A DNA stretch of 64,000 bases from Occultella glacieicola (GTDB taxonomy: Bacteria > Actinomycetota > Actinomycetes > Actinomycetales > Beutenbergiaceae): contig NZ_SMNA01000006.1 in NCBI RefSeq assembly GCF_004353825.1, positions 186,001-250,000 of the forward strand, in the 5' to 3' direction. The position numbers were made by a program, and so were the translations under genes. The notes beneath the pieces were generated by a model. The model did not search any database and was not told where the DNA came from. It saw only the letters and a program-made list of their open reading frames with translations. Shown here in pieces: positions 1 through 8,938 of the stretch (the stretch's first letter is position 1; every line of letters begins with the position of its first letter).

Positions 1-668
1 TGCCGGTCCGCCTCCGCGGCCTCCTCCCTGGCCTCGGCGAGCAGGCGGGCCGCGGCCTGATCCGGCGTCTCGGCTGGTTCCACGACGGCCGCCAGGGGCG
101 CGCTGCGATGCTTCGTGCCCGGCCGGCTCCCGACGGCCCCTTCGATGGCCACGGCGCCGGTCAGGTCCACCGGACCCATCCCGATCACCTGGAGCGGCTC
201 GACCAGCAGGCCGCTCAGGACGGCCCCCTCCGCATCCGGGTCCGCCATCGCCGCTTGCAGGGTCGCCTCCACCTGGGTGGCCACGGCCTCGCTGACCGGC
301 TGGCCCAGCGAGCGGCACAGGGACCGGCCCTCCTGGACCACCGCTCCGACGAGCCGCCGCCGCCCCGTCGAGAGGGCACGGAGCTGGGCGCCGTCCAGGT
401 CCTCCTGGGCCTCCCGCAGTTCGGCACCGAGATCGAACAACTGCCCGAGCCGCTCATCCATCCGCCGGACCATCGTGTTCACCGCCCAGGCGGCCGTCCC
501 GGGCTTGCGGAGCGCCTTCACGCGCTTGCTCTGCTCGGGGTCGCCCTCCGACCTCAGCGTCGCGGCGGCCGCGTTCCGGGCACCGGTGAAGTCGCCGGGC
601 AGGAGGCCGTACAGTTCGTACGCCTGAGCGCGCAGCGCACCCTGGTCGGGATCAGTCGCGGCCGGCAT
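1..668 (-). CDS. Conserved actinobacterial hypothetical protein with coiled-coil C-terminus (3' end outside window)
   Basis: Not in the ORF track. Manual translation from ATG 668 (GGAGG upstream): MPAATDPDQGALRAQAYELYGLLPGDFTGARN...VKALRKPGTAAWAVN...; frame open to the window edge. Confidence 0.75.
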   Translation of the reverse strand, partial: MPAATDPDQGALRAQAYELYGLLPGDFTGARNAAAATLRSEGDPEQSKRVKALRKPGTAAWAVNTMVRRMDERLGQLFDLGAELREAQEDLDGAQLRALSTGRRRLVGAVVQEGRSLCRSLGQPVSEAVATQVEATLQAAMADPDAEGAVLSGLLVEPLQVIGMGPVDLTGAVAIEGAVGSRPGTKHRSAPLAAVVEPAETPDQAAARLLAEAREEAAEADR

Positions 669-788
669 CGGTCCTCCCTCCGATGCCCGAATTCTTGCAT
701 CCCCGACCGGAAATGTTCTTTCCCTCGCCCGTGTTGCTGACTCAGACTCGACACACCGCCCCGCCGCACTACCGAACTGGACTCCCGC

Positions 789-2288
789 ATGCCTGGAACC
801 ACCCCCAGCCCCTACGCCGCCGCGCCGGCCGGCGTCCCGGAGCGGCTCGAGCCGTCCACCCGGCTGGTCATCACACTGCTCCTGGTCTCCTCGTTCGTGG
901 TCATCCTGAACGAGACGATCATGTCGGTGGCGATCCCGAACATCATGTCGGACCTGCACATCGAGGCCTCGACCGGTCAGTGGCTCTCGACGTCGTTCCT
1001 GCTCACGATGGCCGTGGTCATCCCGATCACCGGCTACCTGCTGCAGCGTTTCAACACCCGCCCGATCTTCCTCGCTGCGATGACCCTGTTCAGTGCCGGC
1101 ACCTTGATCGCTGCCGTCTCCCCGACGTTCGGGCTCCTCATCGTCGGGCGCGTGGTCCAGGCCAGCGGCACCGCGATGATGATGCCGCTCCTGATGACCA
1201 CCCTGATGACCGTGGTGCCCGCGACCCTACGCGGGCGTACCATGGGCAACGTCTCGATCGTGATGGCCGTCGCCCCGGCGGTCGGCCCCGCGATCTCCGG
1301 ACTGGTGCTGTCGGTGCTGCCGTGGAAGTGGCTGTTCTGGCTCGTCCTCCCGATCGCGATCGGCGCGCTCGTGCTCGGCGCCCTCCGGGTGCCGAACGTG
1401 TCCACCCCGAAGCGGGTGCCGCTCGACCTGGCCTCGGTGATCCTGTCCGGGCTGGCGTTCGGCGGCCTGATCTACGGGCTCAGCGGACTCGGTGAAGCCG
1501 CCCGAGAGACACCGCCGGTCCCGCTCGCGATCCCCATTGGTGGCGGTGCCCTGGCCCTGGTCCTCTTCGTGCTGCGCCAGCTGCGGCTGCAGCGTGAGGA
1601 TCGGGCGCTGCTCGACCTGCGGGTCTTCACCTCACGCAGCTACTCGGTGTCCCTGACCCTGATGGTGCTCCTGATGATGTCGCTGTTCGGCACGATCATC
1701 CTGCTGCCCCTTTACCTGCAGAACGTCCTTCGGCTCGAGACGGTCACCATCGGACTGATGCTCCTGCCTGGTGGGCTGGCGATGGGGCTCCTCGGGCCGG
1801 TCGTCGGTCGACTGTACGACCGGTTTGGGCCGCGACCGCTGGTCGTCCCGGGCGCGGTGATCGTCTCCGGGGCGCTCTGGTCGATGACCCTGCTCACAGA
1901 GCACTCCCCCGCGCTCCAGGTGCTGGCCGGGCACGTCGTGCTCAGCCTGGGCCTCGGCCTGATGTTCACGCCGTTGTTCACCACCGCCCTCGGCTCGCTC
2001 CGCCCGAGCCTGTACTCGCACGGCAGCGCGGTGCTCGGCACCCTGCAGCAGTTCGCCGGCGCGGCCGGCACGGCCCTGTTCGTGGTGCTGATGACCGTGA
2101 GCCAGGTGAACGCCCTCGACGGCGGAGCCACCGAGGTGCACGCGACCGCCGTCGGGACCCGGACCGCATTCACTTGCGGTGCGGTGCTGTCCCTGGTGGT
2201 GATCGTCGCGGCGCTGTTCGTCCGCCGACCGGACGAGCCGGAGGAGGCCGCGGCGCCGGAGCACGAGACCCCGGTAGCGGTGCACTGA
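789..2288 (+). CDS. DHA2-family (14-TM) MFS drug efflux transporter, LmrB/MDR-like
   Basis: 499 aa; FVVILNETIMSVAIP, GRVVQASG, APAVGPAISG and GRLYDRFGPR motifs. Confidence 0.92.
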   Translation: MPGTTPSPYAAAPAGVPERLEPSTRLVITLLLVSSFVVILNETIMSVAIPNIMSDLHIEASTGQWLSTSFLLTMAVVIPITGYLLQRFNTRPIFLAAMTLFSAGTLIAAVSPTFGLLIVGRVVQASGTAMMMPLLMTTLMTVVPATLRGRTMGNVSIVMAVAPAVGPAISGLVLSVLPWKWLFWLVLPIAIGALVLGALRVPNVSTPKRVPLDLASVILSGLAFGGLIYGLSGLGEAARETPPVPLAIPIGGGALALVLFVLRQLRLQREDRALLDLRVFTSRSYSVSLTLMVLLMMSLFGTIILLPLYLQNVLRLETVTIGLMLLPGGLAMGLLGPVVGRLYDRFGPRPLVVPGAVIVSGALWSMTLLTEHSPALQVLAGHVVLSLGLGLMFTPLFTTALGSLRPSLYSHGSAVLGTLQQFAGAAGTALFVVLMTVSQVNALDGGATEVHATAVGTRTAFTCGAVLSLVVIVAALFVRRPDEPEEAAAPEHETPVAVH

Positions 2289-2301
2289 CGGACGGCTCCG
2301 G

Positions 2302-2339
2302 CACGAACGGCCGGGCCAAATGGGGCCCGGCCGTTCGTG
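2302..2339. terminator. Hairpin between convergent genes, probable bidirectional terminator
   Basis: Perfect 16-bp inverted repeat cacgaacggccgggcc / ggcccggccgttcgtg with a 6-nt loop. Confidence 0.75.
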
Positions 2340-2340
2340 A

Positions 2341-3168
2341 TCAGGCTCCGGCGCTCGCCGTCACCCGCACCACACCGGCCTCGGTGCTGATTGAGACGTC
2401 GCGCACCCTGGCCCCCGCGAACGCGTACTGGGCCAGGTCGACCGTGCGCCCGTCCCACTCGTCGGTGTAGCGCTTCGCGACCGTCAGGAGCGCCGCCACC
2501 AGCGGGTTCCCGCTGGTCAGCTTGAGGTTGCGCACGGTCATCCGGGAGGTCTCGTCGAACGACGCCTCGCCGGTCAGGACCGCCTTGGCGGACAGGATGG
2601 ACTTGCCGACGGTGGCCTCGGCGCGCAGGGTCGCGGACTTCGGGGTCGTCGCCCGCACGTCCAGGGTGAGGTCCTTGAGGGTGAAGCCGCGACGGACCAG
2701 GGCGGCGGCGCCACGTGCCTTCAACGCTGCCGTCACGTCCGCCAGGACCGCACTCGCCTCGGCGTGCCCGTCCGGGGTGACCTCGCTCCCGGCTTCCTCG
2801 TCCGGCCAGAGCCAGAGGTCGCCGTCGGTGGTGTGACGCCACGCGAGGGGGAGGTTGCGGACCTGCGCGGCGGCCGTCAACGGGACCCCCTCGGCGCTGA
2901 TCGGCGACCCGGAGACGTGCAGTTCCCCGAGCAGCACCGGCTCACGATCGGTGAAGGTCGGCTCATTTCGGGCGGAGCCGCTGGTCCGGATCTGTACCCC
3001 GCTGAGATCGATCCGCACGCTCGGGATGGAACCGTGGTCGGCGAGGCTCGCGGTCACCTGGATCGGGGTGTTCGCGGCAAGGCCCATCAGCTCGCGAAGG
3101 CCGGCGGCGAGGCGCCGTTCGAGCTCCTCCGAGGTGGTCGGGACGGGGCCGGGGCCGAGCAGGAACAT
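2341..3168 (-). CDS. Hypothetical protein, beta-rich
   Basis: 275 aa ORF, GGAG RBS, GC3-biased codons, ends next to the hairpin. Confidence 0.7.
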   Translation of the reverse strand: MFLLGPGPVPTTSEELERRLAAGLRELMGLAANTPIQVTASLADHGSIPSVRIDLSGVQIRTSGSARNEPTFTDREPVLLGELHVSGSPISAEGVPLTAAAQVRNLPLAWRHTTDGDLWLWPDEEAGSEVTPDGHAEASAVLADVTAALKARGAAALVRRGFTLKDLTLDVRATTPKSATLRAEATVGKSILSAKAVLTGEASFDETSRMTVRNLKLTSGNPLVAALLTVAKRYTDEWDGRTVDLAQYAFAGARVRDVSISTEAGVVRVTASAGA

Positions 3169-3291
3169 CTGGTCTCCAGAAGGTCGGGGGTGCGGTGGCG
3201 AAGGCCCAGCGGCGCATGGCTGTGGCCATCCGCCAGCGTAGGTGATCGCGGAGCCACGCCCGGTCGCGAGCCCACCTCCGAGGGATGCCGG

Positions 3292-4365
3292 TCAGGCGAC
3301 GTCGACGTACTGGACCTCGACCGCGTTGTTGCCGTAGCCGAGACGGTTCCAGGGCGGGACGTCCGGCTGCACGTTCCCGGCCGCGTCGGTGGCTCGGGCA
3401 CGCAGGCTGTACCGCCCCGGCCCGCCCGGTTCCCAGGTGTAGCTCCAGCTCTGCCAGGTGTGCGGCTCGCGTCGCGGTCCGAGCTCGGCCTCGTGCCACA
3501 CCCCGTCGCCGGCGAAGCACACCTGGACGGCGGTCACCGGTCCCGTGCCGGACCACGCCTTCCCGCGCACGGTGCAAGGACCCAACGGGATCACGGCCTC
3601 GGGCGCCGGATCGGTGATGCGTGCCCGGACGCGCAGGTGCGTGACCGGCTCGTGTTGCCGGTCCGGCCACTCGTACATGTAGTGGCCGGTCTGGAACTCG
3701 CCGACGAACGGCTCGGTGAGCACATCGAGCCGGGTGAGCCACTTGACCGAGGCGACCGCGAACCAGTCCGGCACGATGAGCCGGAAGGGTCTGCCGTGGT
3801 CCGGCTCGAGGGGCGCGCCGTTCATGGCGTAGGCGACCATGATGTCGCTCGCGGGATCTGCGGCATGGGCTAGCGAGAGGGAGCGCACGAACCTCAGCTG
3901 GTCACCGGTCTCGGGAAGGATGGGCGTGAGGTGATAGGTGCCGCTGTCGGCGCCCTCGCACCGCACCTCGATGCCGTCGATACGCGGCCCGGCCAGGTCG
4001 AGGATGTCGCTGAGCCGGGCTCCGGTCCACCTGGCCGTCGACACGGCGCCCCGACCCCACGGCTCACCGGTGGGGAGCGGGCGGGTGTCGAGGCGGCCGT
4101 TGCCGGCGCACTCCAGGGTCACGGCGGACTCCACAGCAGGCAGGTCCCGGAGCTCGGCGAGGGTGAGCGTGAGCGGCCTCTCGACGGCGCCGCCGACCAC
4201 GAGCGTGCCGTCATGCGCGGGGAGCGCGAAGTTACTGCGCACGTAGTGCTCGCTGGTCGGCGTGATGTCGTCGACGAGTCCCCGCGGCGGCGCCTCGGCG
4301 TTGTAGGGCTGCGGGTTGATCATCACCAGCTCGGCACGTGCCTGGCGGAGGTCGTCGACGGTCAT
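3292..4365 (-). CDS. Sulfite oxidase-family molybdopterin oxidoreductase
   Basis: HYVRSNF, TLECAGNGR (Mo-ligand Cys), HGRPFRLIVP, SVKWL, RATDAAGNVQP. Confidence 0.92.
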   Translation of the reverse strand: MTVDDLRQARAELVMINPQPYNAEAPPRGLVDDITPTSEHYVRSNFALPAHDGTLVVGGAVERPLTLTLAELRDLPAVESAVTLECAGNGRLDTRPLPTGEPWGRGAVSTARWTGARLSDILDLAGPRIDGIEVRCEGADSGTYHLTPILPETGDQLRFVRSLSLAHAADPASDIMVAYAMNGAPLEPDHGRPFRLIVPDWFAVASVKWLTRLDVLTEPFVGEFQTGHYMYEWPDRQHEPVTHLRVRARITDPAPEAVIPLGPCTVRGKAWSGTGPVTAVQVCFAGDGVWHEAELGPRREPHTWQSWSYTWEPGGPGRYSLRARATDAAGNVQPDVPPWNRLGYGNNAVEVQYVDVA

Positions 4366-4399
4366 GGAGGGCTCCTGGGGTCGGGGATCGTGTTCGGCG

Positions 4400-5281
4400 T
4401 CAGTGGTCGGAGTCCTGGAAGACGGGGTCGCGGCCGTCGTTGAATGCCGCGATCCCCTCGACGCGGTCGGGGTGGACCGCGGAGCGCCAGTGCGCCTCCA
4501 TCATGATGGCGATGGCCTGCTCGGTGGGCTCGCCCTGCCCGGTCCGCACCGCGTGCTTGACGGCCTGCACCGCGGTGGGTGAGTTGGCCGCGATCTTGGC
4601 TGCGACGTGGTGCGCCGTCTCCATGAGGTCGTCCGGGTCGCACACCTGGTTGACCATGCCGAGCCGGTGGGCCTCGGCGGCGCTGAGCGGATCGCCGGTC
4701 ATCAGGAGTTCGAGGGCCTTGCCCGGTGGCAGCAGGCGTGGGAGGAAGACGGGCGAGCCGCCGCCTGCGGCGAGGCCGATCATCGCCTCGGGCTGCCCGA
4801 AGGTCGCGTTGCGGCTGGCGATGATGAAGTCGGTGCTCTGCGCGATCTCGGAGCCACCGCCGTAGGCGATGCCGTTGACGGCCGCGAAGATGGGTTTGCG
4901 CAACTGACGCAGCGTGTACAACGTGCGGTCGAAGTCCTGACGTTGACGCAGCCAGCCCTCCTTGGTCATGTTCTTGCGCTGTCTGAGGTCGCTGCCGACG
5001 GAGAAGGCGCGGGTGCCGGCGCCGGTGATGATGGCCACTCGGACGGCGCTACGCACGGCGATCGTCTCCAGCACCTCGGTCAGAAGTGCTCCCATCTGCG
5101 TGGTGATCGCGTTGTCGGCGTGCGGCCGGTCCAGGGTGATGACTGCCACCCGCTCGTCCTCTGTGTAGTCGACCCGCACCGGGGGCCCGGTCTCGTCGAC
5201 GTCGGCATCGGGAGGGGCGAAGTCGAGCGCCTGCCAGCGGGTGCTTCGAGGTGCCCTCGAACCTGCGTGTTCGTCAGACAT
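4400..5281 (-). CDS. Enoyl-CoA hydratase/isomerase (crotonase) family protein
   Basis: Start reassigned to ATG 5281 with AGGAG RBS; AFSVGSDL, AAVNGIAYGGGSE, FGQPEAMIG. Confidence 0.9.
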   Translation of the reverse strand: MSDEHAGSRAPRSTRWQALDFAPPDADVDETGPPVRVDYTEDERVAVITLDRPHADNAITTQMGALLTEVLETIAVRSAVRVAIITGAGTRAFSVGSDLRQRKNMTKEGWLRQRQDFDRTLYTLRQLRKPIFAAVNGIAYGGGSEIAQSTDFIIASRNATFGQPEAMIGLAAGGGSPVFLPRLLPPGKALELLMTGDPLSAAEAHRLGMVNQVCDPDDLMETAHHVAAKIAANSPTAVQAVKHAVRTGQGEPTEQAIAIMMEAHWRSAVHPDRVEGIAAFNDGRDPVFQDSDH

Positions 5282-5289
5282 GGTTCTCC

Positions 5290-6633
5290 TCAGGTGTCCA
5301 GCTCGCCGAGCCACCGAAGTGCTCTCAGTCCGGGCGCGAAGCAGTACTCCCCGCCGCGGGTCACGACGAACGGCGGCACGTCCCGCAGCCTCCTGCGGAT
5401 CGGGCGGCGGGCCATCGTGAAGTCCGTCGGCTGCTGGTGGGCACCCACCAGCGGGTCCCTTTCGGCGGGAGCGCCGATGAAGATCCCGTCGTTGAGCCAC
5501 TGGGTCTTGACGAACTCGAACTGGCGCTTCAGGTGGGCCCCCGCGAACACGAAGATGATGCCGCGGTCGGCGCCGTCGTCGTCCAGGACATCGTCCGGCA
5601 GTTGCGGGCCGTAGCTCGTGCCTCGCCGGACCATCCGGTGCAGCCGGGTGTCCGTGGTCAGCTCGGACTCGAGCGAGTCCCGCGGGTTGGCCCGGCGTGA
5701 GTGCGCTCCGGCCGGGCACTTGAAGCCGCCCGGGTCGTCGCCGTAGGCGAAGTCGTTGTTGCGGTGCGGGTCGGCACCGAGGCTCGGCTCGTCGCGGTCC
5801 GGTGCCAGCGCCAGGGGCGCGCCGCTCGGCCAGCGGCCCACCATCTTGGCGGCGAGCAGCCGCTCCTCCTGGCGGTCGCGTGCGCGGTCGCGAAGGTAGC
5901 GCCGGTAGGCCGCCACGTTCGTGTGCAGCTTGCGGAACACGAGATAGGTCCCGTTGCGGCCCAGCACGTCCGGGATCGGCATCGGGGCGAGCGATCCGGT
6001 CTCGTCGGGGTACCCGAGGATGAACTCCCCCGCCTTGATCGGTCGCTCGCGTGAGTTGCGCGGCACGAGTCCGCTGCCCTCGATGTCGGGATTCCCGATT
6101 CCGTCCTTGAACCCGAACGATGTTCGTCCGGAGGGCAGTTGATAGCAGTCCTGCCGCCACACCACCGCCACCGATGCCAGGTCGGCGTACCTGGACCGTG
6201 CTCGTTCCGCCACCGCCTCGAGGGCTGGTGGGTCCGGCGCGAGCACCGAGACCGCGACATGGACGTCCGGGCTGCCGAGCGGTGGCTCCCAGCGCTCCGG
6301 GCCGCTCTCGCCGACGTCCCCCAGTTCCTGCGCACGTGCCGCCATGCCCTCGCGGAACTCACGGGGGAAACTGTCCAGCGATGACGGGGGCACTCCGAGT
6401 GCCTTGAGTCCTTCGTAGGTGAAGGCGACGGTCAGCCAGGCCCGGGTCGCCGACGGCGACGCCGAGCGCTGATCCTCGAGGAGGGCGTGCAGTCGACGGA
6501 CGAGCTCACGGCCCTGCGCGACATCGTCAAGCCGAAGCAGCAGATATCTGCCGACGTACGGCGACGGCCGTTCGCGCAGCGCTCCGGACTGGATGTCGTC
6601 GAGGTCGAGTGTGACGTCGTCACCGGTCGTCAT
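5290..6633 (-). CDS. Dyp-type heme peroxidase
   Basis: FGFKDGIGNP (GxxDG), PAGAHSRRANPR (proximal His), RMVRRGTSYG (distal Arg), FEFVKTQW; no signal peptide. Confidence 0.92.
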   Translation of the reverse strand: MTTGDDVTLDLDDIQSGALRERPSPYVGRYLLLRLDDVAQGRELVRRLHALLEDQRSASPSATRAWLTVAFTYEGLKALGVPPSSLDSFPREFREGMAARAQELGDVGESGPERWEPPLGSPDVHVAVSVLAPDPPALEAVAERARSRYADLASVAVVWRQDCYQLPSGRTSFGFKDGIGNPDIEGSGLVPRNSRERPIKAGEFILGYPDETGSLAPMPIPDVLGRNGTYLVFRKLHTNVAAYRRYLRDRARDRQEERLLAAKMVGRWPSGAPLALAPDRDEPSLGADPHRNNDFAYGDDPGGFKCPAGAHSRRANPRDSLESELTTDTRLHRMVRRGTSYGPQLPDDVLDDDGADRGIIFVFAGAHLKRQFEFVKTQWLNDGIFIGAPAERDPLVGAHQQPTDFTMARRPIRRRLRDVPPFVVTRGGEYCFAPGLRALRWLGELDT

Positions 6634-6650
6634 CGTGTGAACCCACCGCC

Positions 6651-7772
6651 TCAGACGTGTGCCGGGGGCGTCGGCGGAGTCGGGTTCGCCGAGGCCAGAT
6701 AGGGGAAGGTCGTCGAGGCGGGCCGGCTGGCGGCATGTACGCCGTCGCTGATCACGGGGCCGGCGCCGCCGTTGATCCAGAGTGTGTAGAGGACATCCAT
6801 CACGTCGTCGTTGAGCGACCGCCCCCCGCAGGTCTCGTGGGCGCGCCCCTCCCGGGTCGCCCGCTCGATCTCCAGGAAGCTGCCGCGCTCGGTGTACGGC
6901 TTCGTCGGGTCGACGACGAGGTAGTCGGCGAGCACCATCTCGGTCAGGGGATGGGTGCCGGCGTCGCTGAGCGGCCAGTGCACCTCACCGTCAAGACCGT
7001 CCCAGAACGCGAGGTTGGCGTTGAGCCGGGCACGGTAGGCGCCGGCGTAGGAACTGCCGAGGTGGAACCCGTCCTCCATGTTGTAGAGGTCGCGGATCTC
7101 CAGGTCCCGGTTGATCGTGTCGAACTGCTTGGGAGCGAGCAGGAGGTTCTTGACCTCCGGCCGGCCGACCCGTTCGATCCGCACCTGGAACGTACCCCGG
7201 GTCTTCGTCTCGGCGACGAGCCCCACCGGCCCTGGCCGGCCGAGGACCGCGGCGCAGTCCACCTCGACCACCAGACTCAGCACGTTCTTGCCGTCCATGA
7301 AGATGGAGCCGGGATCGGTGAAGGAGAGTCGCTGCTCGGCGATCGTGCGCAGGCCTGCCGGTGCGTCCATGATGAACGGGTCCCAGCGTGGACCTGCGAA
7401 CATCCGGATGCCGCTCGACTCGCCGCCCACCGGGTCGGCGACCGTGCAGTTCGTGCCCTGACCGTTGCCCAGCGTGCACCGACCCTGCTGGGCACCCGCT
7501 GTTCCCGGCACGTCGAACACACAGTCCAGAACCCATTCCCTCGCCCCATGAGGAGATTCGACCCGCCGGTCGGCGAGGTCGACGTCGACCGGGCGCAACC
7601 TGAACCGGTAGACGAGACCGTCGGAGAACCTGCCGTCCGCTGCGGCGAACGGCATCGTGTTCATGACGAGGACCAGCCACCCCGGCCGCTCCGGGCTCGG
7701 GAACGCGTACACGTCGGTGATGTCGGCGATGGGGTCTGCCAGCGCGCGTGGCCCCGAGATGTGGTCTGACAC
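6651..7772 (-). CDS. DUF4331-family protein, no signal peptide
   Basis: MSDH...ADITDVYAFPSP, FAGPRWDPF, NVLSLVVEV, ERVGRP, GGRSLNDDVMD, FPYLA. Confidence 0.78.
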   Translation of the reverse strand: MSDHISGPRALADPIADITDVYAFPSPERPGWLVLVMNTMPFAAADGRFSDGLVYRFRLRPVDVDLADRRVESPHGAREWVLDCVFDVPGTAGAQQGRCTLGNGQGTNCTVADPVGGESSGIRMFAGPRWDPFIMDAPAGLRTIAEQRLSFTDPGSIFMDGKNVLSLVVEVDCAAVLGRPGPVGLVAETKTRGTFQVRIERVGRPEVKNLLLAPKQFDTINRDLEIRDLYNMEDGFHLGSSYAGAYRARLNANLAFWDGLDGEVHWPLSDAGTHPLTEMVLADYLVVDPTKPYTERGSFLEIERATREGRAHETCGGRSLNDDVMDVLYTLWINGGAGPVISDGVHAASRPASTTFPYLASANPTPPTPPAHV

Positions 7773-8318
7773 CTAGGCCACCGACGCTTCGTCCAGGAGC
7801 GGCTTGAGGGCCGGGTGGCTGAGGGCTTCCTCGGCCCGGGGGTCGTCCAGGACCTGTTGGAACGCCGCCGCGAGCCGCAGTGCCCTGCGGTGCTCCTTCA
7901 CCGTGCCCGGGTAGTTCCTCGCGTACGCGGCTGCGCTGACTTGCGCGCCCAGGATGAAGCTCTTCACGGCCGCGACGTCGGGCAGTCCGTGGAACCCCTC
8001 GACATGCTCGAAGATCGCCGCGAACAACTGGAGGGGTTTGGCAGCGAAGTCCTCCATGTAGGCGTCCCAGGGTCCGTCGAAACTGGTCGCGAAGAGCAGG
8101 CGCGTGTCGTCGTCGAACAGTACGAATCGGGCCTCATGGATGCTGGCGATCGGCACCTCGTAGTCGCCGGGCCGGTAGCCCGGGGAGTTCTGCAGGTCTC
8201 TCAGCGCGTCGCGCAGCGCCTGCGCATGGCCAGGCAGAACCGTGAAGAACAGGGTGAACTCGCTAGCGGAGCCGACCTGCACACCTGGCCGTGCCGGCAC
8301 GTCGTTCGTCGTGGTCAT
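7773..8318 (-). CDS. Conserved Dyp-associated hypothetical protein
   Basis: Start reassigned to ATG 8318; IHEARFVLFDDDTRLLFATSFDGPWDAY motif, which I recall from proteins beside or fused to Dyp peroxidases; stop abuts the DUF4331 start. Confidence 0.7.
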   Translation of the reverse strand: MTTTNDVPARPGVQVGSASEFTLFFTVLPGHAQALRDALRDLQNSPGYRPGDYEVPIASIHEARFVLFDDDTRLLFATSFDGPWDAYMEDFAAKPLQLFAAIFEHVEGFHGLPDVAAVKSFILGAQVSAAAYARNYPGTVKEHRRALRLAAAFQQVLDDPRAEEALSHPALKPLLDEASVA

Positions 8319-8419
8319 GACTTTCCATTCCCGCTCGGTCGGACATCGATGGACGTGAGGACTTCCTGCCCCGTCGGTCCTGTTCCCCCACGCTGTCGGC
8401 CGCCGGGGTGGCTGTGCAT

Positions 8420-8435
8420 CACCCGCTGCGGGGTG
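8420..8435. promoter_or_regulatory. CACCC-N6-GGGTG palindrome upstream of the Dyp operon
   Basis: CACCCgctgcgGGGTG, intergenic; recurs at 15772 and 19262. Confidence 0.6.
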
Positions 8436-8452
8436 GGCAGGCGCTGCTCCCA

Positions 8453-8839
8453 TCACGCCAGGAGTTTGGCCTTCGCCTGCACGAACTCGTCCTCGGTGAG
8501 GGCGCCGGTCTGATGGAGGCCGGCGAGCTTCTCGATCTCGGACGCGGTGCTCCCGGAGGGACTCGCGAAGCTCTGGACGTAGTCGCGCATCTGCTGGTCC
8601 CGGAGCTGAGCGTCCCGGGCGGCGTGCTGACCCAACTTCTTCCCGCGCGCGATCAGGTAGACGAAGACTCCGAGGTACGGCAGCACGATCACCAGCAGTG
8701 TCCAGAGCGCCTTGGCCCAGCCACCCATGTCGTCGCTGCGGAAGATGTCGGCGAAGACGCTGATCAGCAGCCAGACCCAGATGAAGAAGAGGAAGAACCA
8801 GAGCATGCTCCAGAACACCTCTCCGAGTGTGAGGTCCAT
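8453..8839 (-). CDS. PLDc_N-like two-TM membrane protein with C-terminal SHOCT domain
   Basis: ATG 8839 with GGAGG RBS; DIFRSDDMGGWAKALW...PYLGVFVYLIARG; SEIEKLAGLHQTGALTEDEFVQAKAKLL. Confidence 0.85.
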   Translation of the reverse strand: MDLTLGEVFWSMLWFFLFFIWVWLLISVFADIFRSDDMGGWAKALWTLLVIVLPYLGVFVYLIARGKKLGQHAARDAQLRDQQMRDYVQSFASPSGSTASEIEKLAGLHQTGALTEDEFVQAKAKLLA

Positions 8840-8938
8840 CGTGTCCTCCATTGCCGTGGTGTTCGGGCCACCGGGTGGCGACCCGCTGCTTGCCGGCGCC
8901 GGGCCGGGTCCGCGCACCCGGATCGCGCGCCCGCGGCT

